From positions 62,001-126,000 of the forward strand of contig OZ251233.1 in assembly GCA_965240325.2 (NCBI GenBank): a stretch of 64,000 nt of DNA, given 5' to 3'. Below, piece after piece: positions 20,711-31,220 of this stretch (positions within the stretch are counted from its first letter, which is position 1; each line of letters starts with the position of its first letter). Below the pieces are notes generated by a model that was not told where the DNA came from, searched no databases, and was given only the letters and a program-made list of their open reading frames with translations. The translations under genes were made by a program, and so were the position numbers. This DNA comes from Rebecca billardiae RCC1528 (lineage: Eukaryota; Protista; Haptophyta).

Positions 20711-23700
20711 ATATAATTATAACGGCCGGCACGGCGGCAGCCCGGCGCGCGGGGCATTCTCCCCGCGCTTGGCCACGGCCACGGGCTGCCGGCATAATAG
20801 TAGTATTAATACGGCCGGTCCGCGCTGCCTGAGCCTCAGGCGAGCAGTAGCCAGTATGCCCCGAAATCGGGAATCGTCGGGATGAACACGTGCGATGACT
20901 GCCAGGTGACCGTCACATTCGGCTTTCGGGTGGCGCTGAAGTCTATCGTGCGCATGTTATCCGATAGAAAGAAGGGCGCCATCAGTGTAAGTGTAACCCA
21001 CGCGCGCGTAGTGGCCGACGCCTCGGCGGAGGGCCCGGGTCGCGCCGCGCACGGCTGTCGCTGACCGCGACGGGCAGTGCCGACGCTGGGAGCAGTCGCC
21101 TGCTGCATGGCAAGGACTAGTTTGCGTGGGCGACCTGCCGCCCGATGCACGTGCTTCACCGAGACGCGTCGGGACACGAACCGAGAGCGGACACCGTCGC
21201 GCCGTCGCGGCCGACGTGTTTGTCGCGGCCTCCGCCGGGCCCCGGGAGCCGATGACTGACAGGATGCGTACGCGTGGCCCAGCATTGCCGCGCCAGCGCG
21301 CTGCGTGACGTTGACGGTGCGAGTGACAGCGGGTGTCCATCATAAGCTCGGCTGCTCGAGCGCGAGCCCACTCTGAACGTCGACGCCGTGCGGCAGCGTG
21401 GCCGGTTGTGTGGTGTGGACGTGGTCGGCGCCGTGATCAGAGACCGCCTTCTCGTGCGGGGAGCCGACGAAGGCGGGGTCGAGTGGCAGGGTGACGCCGA
21501 TGGTGGCGCCGGAGGCGATGCCGCCTCCCAGGTCGATGACGGACTGCGAGATGCCCATGGGCGCGAGGCTTAGTAGTGCGTGGCGGGTGGTTATGCCGCC
21601 GGTCGCCGGTCGGTGATCGGTGAGTCGGCGAAGGGCGGGCTCTTCCGCGGCAAATCGCGCAGTCGGCTTTCCGGAGTGGCGGGCACTCGTTTTAGACTGA
21701 TTTCGTCGGCATGCGTGCGCCGGGTACTGAATATGAGTTTGCGCGGGCGGGCGTTGCATAGTGCGCAACGCAATCCTTGTTTCAGTGAGCCACTTTGCGA
21801 GCGCACGCTGCGCTCTAGGATGTGGGAAGATTGCATCTCGCCGAGTTCCAAAAGTCCATCAGGAGATGTGCGCGGTTGGTCGACGAATAGCGTCGCAACT
21901 CCTTGAGTACCCCTTCCGGGCGACTTTATAAATTAGGAATGATCATATATGATTAAACTTTTCTGAGGATAGCGCACCAGCAATTTCCCTTGACCGCCAT
22001 CCGGGCCGAAGTGGCGCAAAATGGCGGTTGCCCCGTTTGGGCGCCCTTCCGCGCCTTCGAGCGGCTCGTGCGCGTCGGGAAGTGCGCCGAAGCGTATCCG
22101 GAGCATGCTCCATCGACGCGTCGCACTGCCGGGCCCTCGCATGCGAGCCCATGCCGACGTCTGAGTGCGCCTCGCTGCGCACGGTACAGCTTGACGGTAC
22201 ACGGCACGATTCGGCCGCGAGCAGCCTCGTGCGCGCGACCGAGCCAGAGGTGGTCGTCGAGAGTAGCACGAGCGGCGGCACACAAGCGGGCCTGGTCGTT
22301 GCCGAATATCTGACGCACCAATCGACCTCGCCCAGCGCCATCTGCTCGTTTGCGCACGTGTCGGAAAGAATGCGCAGCTGCCTGCAAACGCCGAGCGCGC
22401 AGATGAGGCGTGGGCGAGCGAAGGGGCGGCGAGGGCCGGCGCGTGCGCGCGCGTAAATTCGAGCCTCCCCATACGCATCGAAACACACCGCGCTCGCTCG
22501 TCGAGCTGCGCACGGGTATCGGTGCGCGCGCGCCAACGCGGCGCGCCGTGAACGCGCCCGGCGAATGCACACCTGCTCGCGCGCGCACGCGCACGTGATG
22601 GACCGAGGAGGCCGCGCGAGCATGCGCGATGTGTCTGGATGGAGCGTGTAGGAGGTGTAGGCTGCGCTCCGCACGCGCTCCGCCACCGTGCACCGCGCTG
22701 CCCCTCGTCCACGCGATCGCCGCCGAGCCCAGATTCAAACGCGCGCGAGCGCTCGAGCGCACCTCCGGGCAGCAGTCGCAGCTATCGTGACGAAGGCGTG
22801 GCGAGAGGCAGATGTGCATGGCAAGTATCGTCATTGTGGTGCCCATCACGCGCACACTCTCGCGCATGCTCGCTGCACCACCTCGTCGCGCCCACGTGCA
22901 GCGCGCGGGGCGCGCTTCGTGCCCGGAGCAGCTGCGGAGCGGCTGCCGCGCGCAGTGCGCGCGGCGAGTAGGGCTCAGCCAATGGTCCGAGGGCGAGCCG
23001 GCCGAGCGTCGTGCGTGACGCACACGGACCTGGTGCAACGCCGCGTACCACTCGCAGCCACCATCGCGCCCGTACCAGCGAGCTGTGGCCGCCGCCGACA
23101 CCCCAAAGCAGCCCAGCCGTCAGCGCGCGACAGCCGACGAGCGTCAGCGCGCGACGCGCGCGTGCACCACCGTGATGAGCACGGATGAGCGCGCGCGCCC
23201 GTGTCGTAGCTCAGGTGGGGTCCCCCGATCGCACGCACCACCGCGCTGCCACGCCTTCGACCATCTTGTGTCACCACGCGGGCACACGCCGGGCAGGCGG
23301 CGGGGCAGCCCGCTCGGCAAACGGTCAGCGCGCAGCGAGGATGGAGTCCGGCGAGGGGCGACCGGAGTGTCCGGCGCGACGGAGGTGGTCCACGCCGTGG
23401 TCGCCGACGCGTTCCTCACCACCTCCGAGGCCGTGGTGGCCGCCCGGGAGAAGGAATGCTCCCAGTCGCACCCTTTGCAGTGCTCCTTTGCGCGTGCACG
23501 CAACGGCGAGGAGCGGAAGCGTTAGAGGGCACTTTTTGTGCAGTTCAGGCGTTCTTTCCCCAAAATGTAGAATGCGCGGAGAAGTGCCCTCTAACGATTT
23601 TCGTGTGCAGCCGTGCCGCGCGCGCGAGGAAGGCCACATGCGGCTCCTTGCACATCTGCTGCAGATCGGCTCGTGCTCGGCGAGCGCGGCGAGGAGGAAG

Positions 23701-24530
23701 GTGCGCGCTCGCGAGCTGGCGCACCTGGGAGTCCTCGCGGCCTCCGAGCAGAAAGAGCGCGTCGAGCGCAACGCCGCAGGTCGCACGGTCGCGATCTCGC
23801 GAGAGCGGTGGTGCGAGGGCGGGCCTCGCCATCGCGCGTTTCTGCGTCCAAACGCGGCCTCCGTAAAATCCGGATGGCAGTTCGATCCAACCGGGCGGTC
23901 GCCTACGACGAGTGGCCATGTCTTCCAGCGCCTCGCGTTCGCGAGGCGTGCCCGAAACAGCTACACACTCACCGGTGCCCTGGGGCACCGGCGCAACCCG
24001 CATCCAACACTCCGCATATCGCAGACACGACATATCCACCCGCGCTTGCACACGCACGCCCCCCCCCCGCCTGCTTGCTGACCATGAAAGGACTGGCCCC
24101 GGGAGCGGACGCCAAGCGCATGCTCATCCCGACACGACGGCGAACACCTGCGGTGTGCCTGTGCGGAGGCACTGGGGAGCGACACGCGGAGTGTGGGCCG
24201 CCCTCCTTCCTGAGCAGCGCCCGGCCCTCAGGTGGAGACCGCGCCCGTCCCGGCCTCCCCGCGGCGGCCGCGAGCCCCCCCCCCCCCCCCCCCCCCCCCC
24301 TTTTCCCCATCCTGCCCGTTTCGCGACAAACCCCTCTCCCCCCGAAACGCACGACGGGCCGCCGTGGTCCGGGGGACCGGCGGGGCCACTCCGGACCTGG
24401 GTTTTGAAATTTGATTTCAACCCCGCGCGCCGAAATGCCTTTGGCACCAGCACCGACCTCGCTCGCACCGCAGTGCTTCCGCACCCGCCCCCCGGCCCTC
24501 CGCAGCCCCGCGCCCGCCACACCGGCCACC

Positions 24531-25634
24531 ATGCCCCCTTACCAGCACGGCTTTTTCCGCGACCGTCTCAACAGCAGGAGCGCCTTGAGCTTCTTCCCCT
24601 CTTCCAACAACTTCGAGCGCGGGCTGCAGGTGGAACGGCCGAGCACCCCCACCGCCAGGCGGGATGCGGGCCAGCAGATGTGCACGACGATGATCAAGCT
24701 GAGCGCGCGCTGCCTGAGCGACGTGGCGCCCAACTCGCAAGGCGGGCGACTGCTCTCAGGACTCACCCAGGACCCCAAAGGCAATAAGCACGTTTTCTCC
24801 TTCACCGGCTCGGTGCTCGAGAACATGACCATCTGCCGCCGCCTGGCCACCAGCCTGTGCATGCCGAACATTCTCACGGCGTGCACCACGGAGCTCACGC
24901 AGGAGATGCTCGCGCTGTCGGCGGCCGACCTCGCAACCCAGGCGAAGGACGTGTCCCTCACGCTCCCGGTTAGCCCCACGATGACGCTCGTGCAGTTTCA
25001 CAGGGCCCTCTACGAGCAGATCGTGCCCGACATCAACAAGTACGTGACCAACGGTGAGCACGTCGAGACCAACATCTACTCCGGCGGTGTGAACCTGATC
25101 TTCCTCCGCCTGCGTTTCATGCCCATCGACCCCGAGCACCCCATCTTCTTCGCGCCGCTCAAGCCGAGCCGCCGCATCGCCGGCGCCGCCCGCGTCCCAC
25201 ACAACCTGTGGGGCGTGCCGCCCGCGCCGCCTGTGCCGCCCGCGCCGCCCGCCGCTGCGCGCCGCCCTGCTCCTCAGCCGGCCGACCAACAGGCGGCGGA
25301 CCCCGCCGGCCCGGAGGCGGAGGAGCCCGAGGGGGAGGGTTCGGACGATGCCATCCCGCCACCCCAGCCACCAACCGCGGCCGCGCCGTCGGACGGGCCC
25401 GAGGTGCAACAGGCCAGGCCGGCGCTCGGGGAGTCCAACTACCGCCTGGTCCTGCCCCCCGGCGCCGCGGCAGCCGGCAAGCGCGCGGCGACCGAGCCGT
25501 CCACGCCGGCGGAGGAGGATGGGCCCTCCTCCGCTGGCGGGAGCGACGCCAAGCCGGCCAAGCAGGCTCGCACCGCGTCCCTCGGCGACCCCCCCCGTGA
25601 CCTGGCTGCCGCCGCGCCGCAGTCGCTGGCGTAG
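24531..25634 (+). CDS. Hypothetical 367-aa protein of the 2.2-kb element (globular N-terminal ~225 aa, disordered tail)
   Basis: ATG at 24531, complex non-shadow amino-acid composition, GC3-biased codons. No family recognised. Confidence 0.65.
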   Translation: MPPYQHGFFRDRLNSRSALSFFPSSNNFERGLQVERPSTPTARRDAGQQMCTTMIKLSARCLSDVAPNSQGGRLLSGLTQDPKGNKHVFSFTGSVLENMTICRRLATSLCMPNILTACTTELTQEMLALSAADLATQAKDVSLTLPVSPTMTLVQFHRALYEQIVPDINKYVTNGEHVETNIYSGGVNLIFLRLRFMPIDPEHPIFFAPLKPSRRIAGAARVPHNLWGVPPAPPVPPAPPAAARRPAPQPADQQAADPAGPEAEEPEGEGSDDAIPPPQPPTAAAPSDGPEVQQARPALGESNYRLVLPPGAAAAGKRAATEPSTPAEEDGPSSAGGSDAKPAKQARTASLGDPPRDLAAAAPQSLA

Positions 25635-25692
25635 AGCCGCGCGCGGCGCTGGCGCGCCAGACGCGCCCGGTTGGGCAGCGCAGGCACCCTCA

Positions 25693-25815
25693 GCGGCCAG
25701 GACGACGACTTCCTCAACGGCAAGGGCGACGACTTCCTCTGCGGCCAGGGCGACGACTTCCTCAACGGCAAGGACGACGACTTCCTCAACGGCAAGGGCG
25801 ACTACTCCCTCAACT
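25693..25815 (+). repeat. 24-bp tandem repeat, ~5 units (gacgacttcctcaacggcaagggc)
   Basis: Directly visible; mirrored at ~31925-32047. Confidence 0.85.
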
Positions 25816-26731
25816 CGGCAAGGCCACTAGGCCGCGCACACCGGCCCGGGCGACCACATCCACTACCTGCACTACGGCATCAACTTGAACAGCCTCGGAC
25901 GACGACGACACGGGCAACTACATGATGACCAAGGCCGACGACGACTGCAAAACAGCGGCATCCCCGGGCGCCTACTACCTCAGTGACCGTGTGATCAGCA
26001 TCGGTTACGACGACTCCCTCACCCGCGGCCAACGCGCTCCGACATCCTCCATTAACTCCATTCAGTACTTCGACAGACGAATCAGGAGAGCTGCGCCCTC
26101 GTGCCTGTGTCTTTAAATCATAGAATTGGTCAAGGGATTTTGCTGGTGCGCTATCCTCAGAAAAGTTTACACATATATCCAAATACTGAAGGAGCAATGT
26201 TGGTGTAAAACGACTCCTCCGTTGGATGCTTGTTCTTCTCTCAGAAGCCACGTCGCCCGTGCCTGCGGCCCGTCGCCATTGATAGACCAATAGGACCATA
26301 ATCATCGTGCCGCTGACAGTAAAATAGGGACACCGTCGTAAGTTCACGTATAGCCGTGTCAACTAGGAGGGCGAAGCTGCGACTGTCATCGCAATGAATA
26401 CCGGCGTATGGGTACTGTACCACTCACATTTCGCTCAGCATTGGGTTTGAGAATGCGAACGAGAACACACGCATCCTGTCCATGCGAGCCGCGCAGCGCA
26501 GGTGGATCGCGCTCCAGCAGCTCAAGGCCGCGCTCAAGCCATTCGATCGCGGTTCAGGCTATGCTCTGCCACCAGCGCCGACTTCGTGTCGACGATCGGG
26601 CACTGCCGACGACGAATCAGGAGACCTGCGCCGTCCTACCTGTGTCGTTAAATCATAGAATGTGTCAACCAAAGATACGTCCGCCGCTGCCGACCTCGCT
26701 CCACTCCTCGCCCGCTGGCGCCCCAGGCAGC

Positions 26732-27912
26732 ATGACGATCCCGCTGCACGTCGTCGTCCCCGCCCTCCTGGTCGCGCTCGTGGCTGGGGCGGCCACTCCC
26801 CCCGTCGAGCTCGGCGTCGCCGCCAACTTCGCCATCCTCGCCAAGACGGGCATCTCCACGGTCCCCTCCTCCGTCCTCGGTCATCACGGGCAACATGGGC
26901 GTGAGCCCAATCACGTCCACTGCCATCACCGGCTTTACCCTGGTGCTCCACTCGTCGACCACGTACTCCACGTCGGCGCAGGTCACGGGCAAGGTCTACG
27001 CCGCGGACTACACCTCGCCCACCCCGTCGAAGCTGACGACCGCCATCTCCAACCTGGAGACCGCCTACACCGACGCGGCCGGCCGCCCGACCTCGGGTGG
27101 CGCCAACCTCGACATCCTCGGCGGCCTCGTCTCCGGAGAGACGTTCTCGACGGGCGTGTACACGTGGGGAACCGACATCGACTTCAGCTCGAGCATCTAC
27201 ATCAACGGCAGCTCCACTGACGTGTTCATCTTCCAGTCCACGGGCAACCTGATCGTGGGCGCAGGCGCGCAGGTCATCCTCGTCGGCGACGGCTCTGGCG
27301 GCGGCCTGCCGCAGCCCTCGAACATCTTCTGGCAGATTGCCGGCTACGCCGACGCGGGCGCAGGGTCACACCTGGAGGGTATCCTCCTTGTCAAGACCTA
27401 CGCCGCGTTCAAGGCGTCGAGCTCGCTGAACGGCCGCATCCTCACGCAGACGGAAGCCACGCTTATCACGACCACTGTCACCGCGCCCGCCGGAACCAGT
27501 GACACGTGGCCGCCACCCGCTCCGCCGCCGAGTCCACCACCGAGCCCGCCGCCACCCGTTCCACCGCCGAGCCCACCACCGAGCCCGCCGCCGCCCGTTC
27601 CGCCGCCGAGCCCACCCCCGAGCCCACCGCCACCCCCGCCGCCGAGCCCACCACCGAGCCCGCCGCCACCCGTTCCGCTGCCGAGCCCACCACCGAGCCC
27701 GCCGCCACCCGTTCCGCTGCCGAGCCCGCCACCGAGCCCGCCGCCACCCTTGCCCCCAACCCCGCCATCGCCGCCGCCGCCAGACCCCGTCTGCGCGACC
27801 TTGTGCCACGTCACGGTACCACGCGCCGCTGCCGCGCTGCGACACCATGCCATGCAACGGATGCCCGGACTGCGCCGTGCGATGGCACCGCGCCTTTCAG
27901 CCGGATGGCTGA
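26732..27912 (+). pseudogene. DUF3494 ice-binding-like protein with SPPP linker and Cys-rich tail, frameshifted
   Basis: Signal peptide, then VELGVAANFAILAKTGISTVPSSV|ITGNMGVSP...AQVTGKVYAADY..PTP..LTTA..AYTDAAGR...NIFWQIAG...LNGRILTQT. A 7-nt insertion at 26876-26882 breaks the frame; a probable second shift lies near 27810. Confidence 0.88.
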
Positions 27913-28339
27913 TAGCTTAGTAGCTGATATCCGCCCCACGCGCGCCACGTGCGCGCCGCGCTCGCGCTCGCAGAGAGTCGCCAATCGCGCCAGGCGCTCG
28001 CTCAAGAGGTGGCTCCGCAAATTTGGGTGCAGTTTGTTCGGCATCTGCGCATAATCGAGCTGCCGGGCTCGCCATTGACATTGTCAGGCATCAACGACGA
28101 ACTTCGAAGAATAAGCGGATGATCCCGACGGTAGCGCAGCAAGCGCCAGCGAAGTTCACTTCTTTGCTTTCATCAGTTCTGCCGTGTGACGAACTAAGTG
28201 GCCCGTTTCCGCGGCGCGGACACTCGACACCTGCGTCCTGCTGAGCAGCTCTGAAGTCTGAGCCGCACGCCGCGATGAGACTGATTGTGACTTGTAGCAT
28301 GCAAATAATTCCGATGTCGATGATGACGACGTACGACTA

Positions 28340-28867
28340 CAGGCAATCGCGGGCAATATGAAGTCAGAGATCTCACGGCTAGTCTCGATTTCTTAGCCGT
28401 TCGGTAGCCCGAGCGCCTACGGAGTCTCAGTTTCTTAGCTCGGTCCGCCCGCAGCGCAGGCGCGGGGGGCGCAGGGGGGCAGAGCCCCCCGCTGAGTCTT
28501 TAGGCCCGGCGGCCGGCGAGGCCGAAGAAAATGTTGGGCCATTTTGGAGCAAATCTGGCATGATGTTGCATGGATGCTGCGGTGCAGTGGCCAGGAGTCG
28601 GTCCGATCAGGAGAAGTCGGGACTTGGCCTGTACTCGTAGTCGGGCTGCGCGCCGCGTCCCACGGCCCCACGGGCACTGCGCCTCGGCGGACCACTCGTC
28701 TGAACTGTCAGCCGCGACGACGTAGTCCCGGTTTCTTAGTGTGACTATGCGTATAGCGAACCAGCCAATCGCTAGTCTCAGTTTCTAGGCCAGATCCGCA
28801 GATAGCAAGCCCCAGTTTCTTATTAACGCGTGACAGCTCCTTATGAGTTATTGCCCGCGATTGCCTG
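28340..28867. mobile_element. 528-bp MITE with TA target duplication (Tc1/mariner-like termini)
   Basis: TA|CAGGCAATCGCGGGCAAT ... ATTGCCCGCGATTGCCTG|TA. Repeated internal ctcagtttct motifs. Homologous to the ends of 42137-44694. Confidence 0.88.
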
Positions 28868-29204
28868 TAGTTACGACGGTCACGGTACGACGTCGACGTG
28901 CGGACGTGCCATGCCGTATCGTGAGAGCTTACCGCCGTCTGTAACGAACAGCCCTAGCAAGACAAGTTCGTTAGACGACAGACAATGCTAGTACACACGA
29001 GCCATTCCATATATGATCGTCCGCCGCATGCGGCGCTCAGCAGCTCACTAAGTGTAAAGTAAGCAGCTATATCGTTTCAGCCGCGTCTTTTCTTGCTGAC
29101 GACGACGATGATTTCCTTCGCGGGGGGGATTTCCGGCGCAGGCTGTTTTTTTTTTGAAACGCCTTTGCCCGCGCTCGGGAGCGGCCGCCCGACAAGGACC
29201 GACC

Positions 29205-31220
29205 ATGACGTGGCGACCGCGGCCGCCGGCGCGGCGGCGCGGCGCGGCGCTGCTCGCGCTCGGCGCGGCGCTGGCATGCGCGGCGCGCGGCGCGTCGGCC
29301 ATCCCCTTCTTCCGCGCCGGCGCGCCGCCCGCCGAGCCCGAGCCCAGCGTCGAGCTCGCGCGCGCGCCCGCGCCCGCGCCGGGCGGCGTCGCCGCGCCGT
29401 CGGCGTCGCGGCCGGCGACCATCGGCAAGCGCCAGCTGCCCGACCCGACGGACCCGGCGAACGGCGCGGCGTGCCGCGTGGCGAAGCCCGCGGCGGTCTG
29501 CGACCCGGACGGCGTGCTCGGCCCGCTCGGCGTCGCGCGCGTCGCCGCCGTCCTCTCGGACCTGCGCGCGCGCATCCGCACGCCGTGCGGCCCCGCCTTC
29601 TCCGCGCCCGCCGAGGTGGCGGTGGCGGTGGTGCGCTCGGCGGGCGGCGCGGCGTACTTTGACGAGTCCGCGGCGCTCGAGGGCGCCACCTCCGTCCTCG
29701 ACGCGTGGGGCGTCGGCGCGCGCGGCTGCGACAACGGCATCGCGCTCGTGCTGGCCGTCTCGGAGCGCAAGGTGGCGCTCAAGACGGGCGCGGGCGCGCG
29801 CGCGCTCGTGCCCGACTCGGTGGGCGCGCGCGCGGTGGGGCGGATGCGCCCGGCGCTGCGCGACGGGGCGTACGCGGAGGCGCTGCTGCTCGCGCTCGCC
29901 GACGTGGGCGACGCGCTGCACGCCGGCGCCGCCCTCTCCGGCCCTGTGCTCTGGCGCTGGGCGGCAACGCCGCTGCTCAGCGCCGCGCCGTGGCTGCGCC
30001 GCCGCGACGTGCGCGTGGGCGCGGGCGCGCTGGCGGGCGCGTGGCTGATGGCGGACGGCTCGCGCCGCGCGCGCTTCGACCTGACGGCGCGGCGCCTCGA
30101 GGCCGCCCTCGTCCGCGATCGCCCGCACGACGCCCTCCCCCACCGACACCGTCGCGGCGGCGGCAGCGGCGGCGTGTGTGATGTGTGCCTCCGCGCGCCG
30201 CCCGCCCTGGAGCCCGCCGAGGTGGCGCGCGCGGTGCCGGGGTGCGCGCGCGGGCACACGGTGTGCCACGCGTGCCGCTGGCGCTGGGCGCCCGCCGGCG
30301 CGGCCGGCGGCGCCGCCGAGGCCGACGCCGCGCGCTGGGGCTGGCGCGTGGGCGGCGCGCCCTGCCCCGTGTGCATGCTGGCGGGCGGGCGGCAGGCGGA
30401 GCGCGAGGCGGGGCTGCTGCCCGCGCCCCCGAGCACGCCCGCCGACGGCGAGGAGGAGGCGGCGGCGGCGGAGGAGGGGCACAACGGGGACGACGAGGGC
30501 GACGGCGCGGACGGGCGCGGCGGCGGCGGCGGCGGCGGCGGCGGCCTCGGCCGGCTGCTCGGCGCGCCGCCCGGCTCAGGCGCCGACCCCGCGCGCCCTC
30601 CGCGCGGCGCGCTGCCGCTGCTGCGCTGGGCGCAGGGCGCCAAGCTGCAGCAGCGCGGCGCGGGCGCGCGGCGCGGCGCGCCCAAGGCGGCGCTCTCTCG
30701 CGCGCGCATGGCCGCCCTGCGCCGCGCGCCGCCAGCTGCCCGCTCGCGCTCGGAGCTGCAGGACGCGGCGCGGCGCGCGGACGGGCCGGCGGTGTCAGAG
30801 GCGCTCTGGCTGCTGCGCATGCGCGCGCTCGGCGCCAGGCCGGCCGCGCCGCGCTGGACGCGCGACGCGTCGGCGGCGCTGCGCTCCAAGGGCTGGCTCT
30901 CCGAGCGGACGCGCGCGCTGCTCCGCGCCGAGCCCGACGCGCTGCGCGCGCCGCCCACCCCGCCGCTCGGCCCCGAGTCCGGCCCGTGGTCGCCCGCGCA
31001 GACGCGCGTCGCACGCTCCGCCCTCTCCACGTGGGCGGACGTGCGGCGCCACGCGGACGAGGCGCGCCGCGCCGCCTCTGACGGCTACGAGGCGGACGGC
31101 TGGGCCAACGTGCCCGCCGCGGCGCGCTTCGGCGGCGGGGGCGCCTCGTTTGGCGGCGGCGAGGGCGGGAGCGGCGGCTCGCGCGGCGGCGGGGGCGGGG
31201 GCGTCGCGGGCAGCTGGTGA
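29205..31220 (+). CDS. TPM-domain (MOLO-1-like) membrane protein with RING-like Cys/His motif and Gly-rich tail
   Basis: Signal peptide; VCDPDGVL, EVAVAVV, WGVG..GCDNGIALVLAVSERKVALKTGAG; CDVC..CARGHTVCHAC..CPVC; terminal SFGGG..GGGGVAGSW. Confidence 0.85.
   Translation: MTWRPRPPARRRGAALLALGAALACAARGASAIPFFRAGAPPAEPEPSVELARAPAPAPGGVAAPSASRPATIGKRQLPDPTDPANGAACRVAKPAAVCDPDGVLGPLGVARVAAVLSDLRARIRTPCGPAFSAPAEVAVAVVRSAGGAAYFDESAALEGATSVLDAWGVGARGCDNGIALVLAVSERKVALKTGAGARALVPDSVGARAVGRMRPALRDGAYAEALLLALADVGDALHAGAALSGPVLWRWAATPLLSAAPWLRRRDVRVGAGALAGAWLMADGSRRARFDLTARRLEAALVRDRPHDALPHRHRRGGGSGGVCDVCLRAPPALEPAEVARAVPGCARGHTVCHACRWRWAPAGAAGGAAEADAARWGWRVGGAPCPVCMLAGGRQAEREAGLLPAPPSTPADGEEEAAAAEEGHNGDDEGDGADGRGGGGGGGGGLGRLLGAPPGSGADPARPPRGALPLLRWAQGAKLQQRGAGARRGAPKAALSRARMAALRRAPPAARSRSELQDAARRADGPAVSEALWLLRMRALGARPAAPRWTRDASAALRSKGWLSERTRALLRAEPDALRAPPTPPLGPESGPWSPAQTRVARSALSTWADVRRHADEARRAASDGYEADGWANVPAAARFGGGGASFGGGEGGSGGSRGGGGGGVAGSW

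Larger units (their letters stand above)
23901..26127 (+). mobile_element. 2.2-kb young repeat element, copy 1
   Basis: Near-identical inverted copy at 31613-33829. Flanked by GGTC at 23897-23900 and 26128-26131. Confidence 0.8.
21945..26178. mobile_element. TIR element (42-bp core TIR) interrupted by the 2.2-kb element
   Basis: 21954-21995 matches the reverse complement of 26128-26169 at 40/42 positions, extending outward to ATATATG. No recognisable transposase inside. Confidence 0.7.

Noticed and set aside
20836-21900. Coding-like minus-strand fragments (MGISQSVIDLGGG.., LMAPFFLSDNMRTIDF..)
   Set aside because: Interrupted and not assignable to any family from sequence alone.
23545-23790. 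AAA-lid-like ADLQQMCKE motif
   Set aside because: Too short; no Walker motifs nearby.
25671-25925. RTX-like Ca-binding repeats (GDDFLNGK)
   Set aside because: The period is 8 aa rather than 9, there is no ATG-initiated gene context, and it lies after the main ORF's stop. Treated as a DNA minisatellite.
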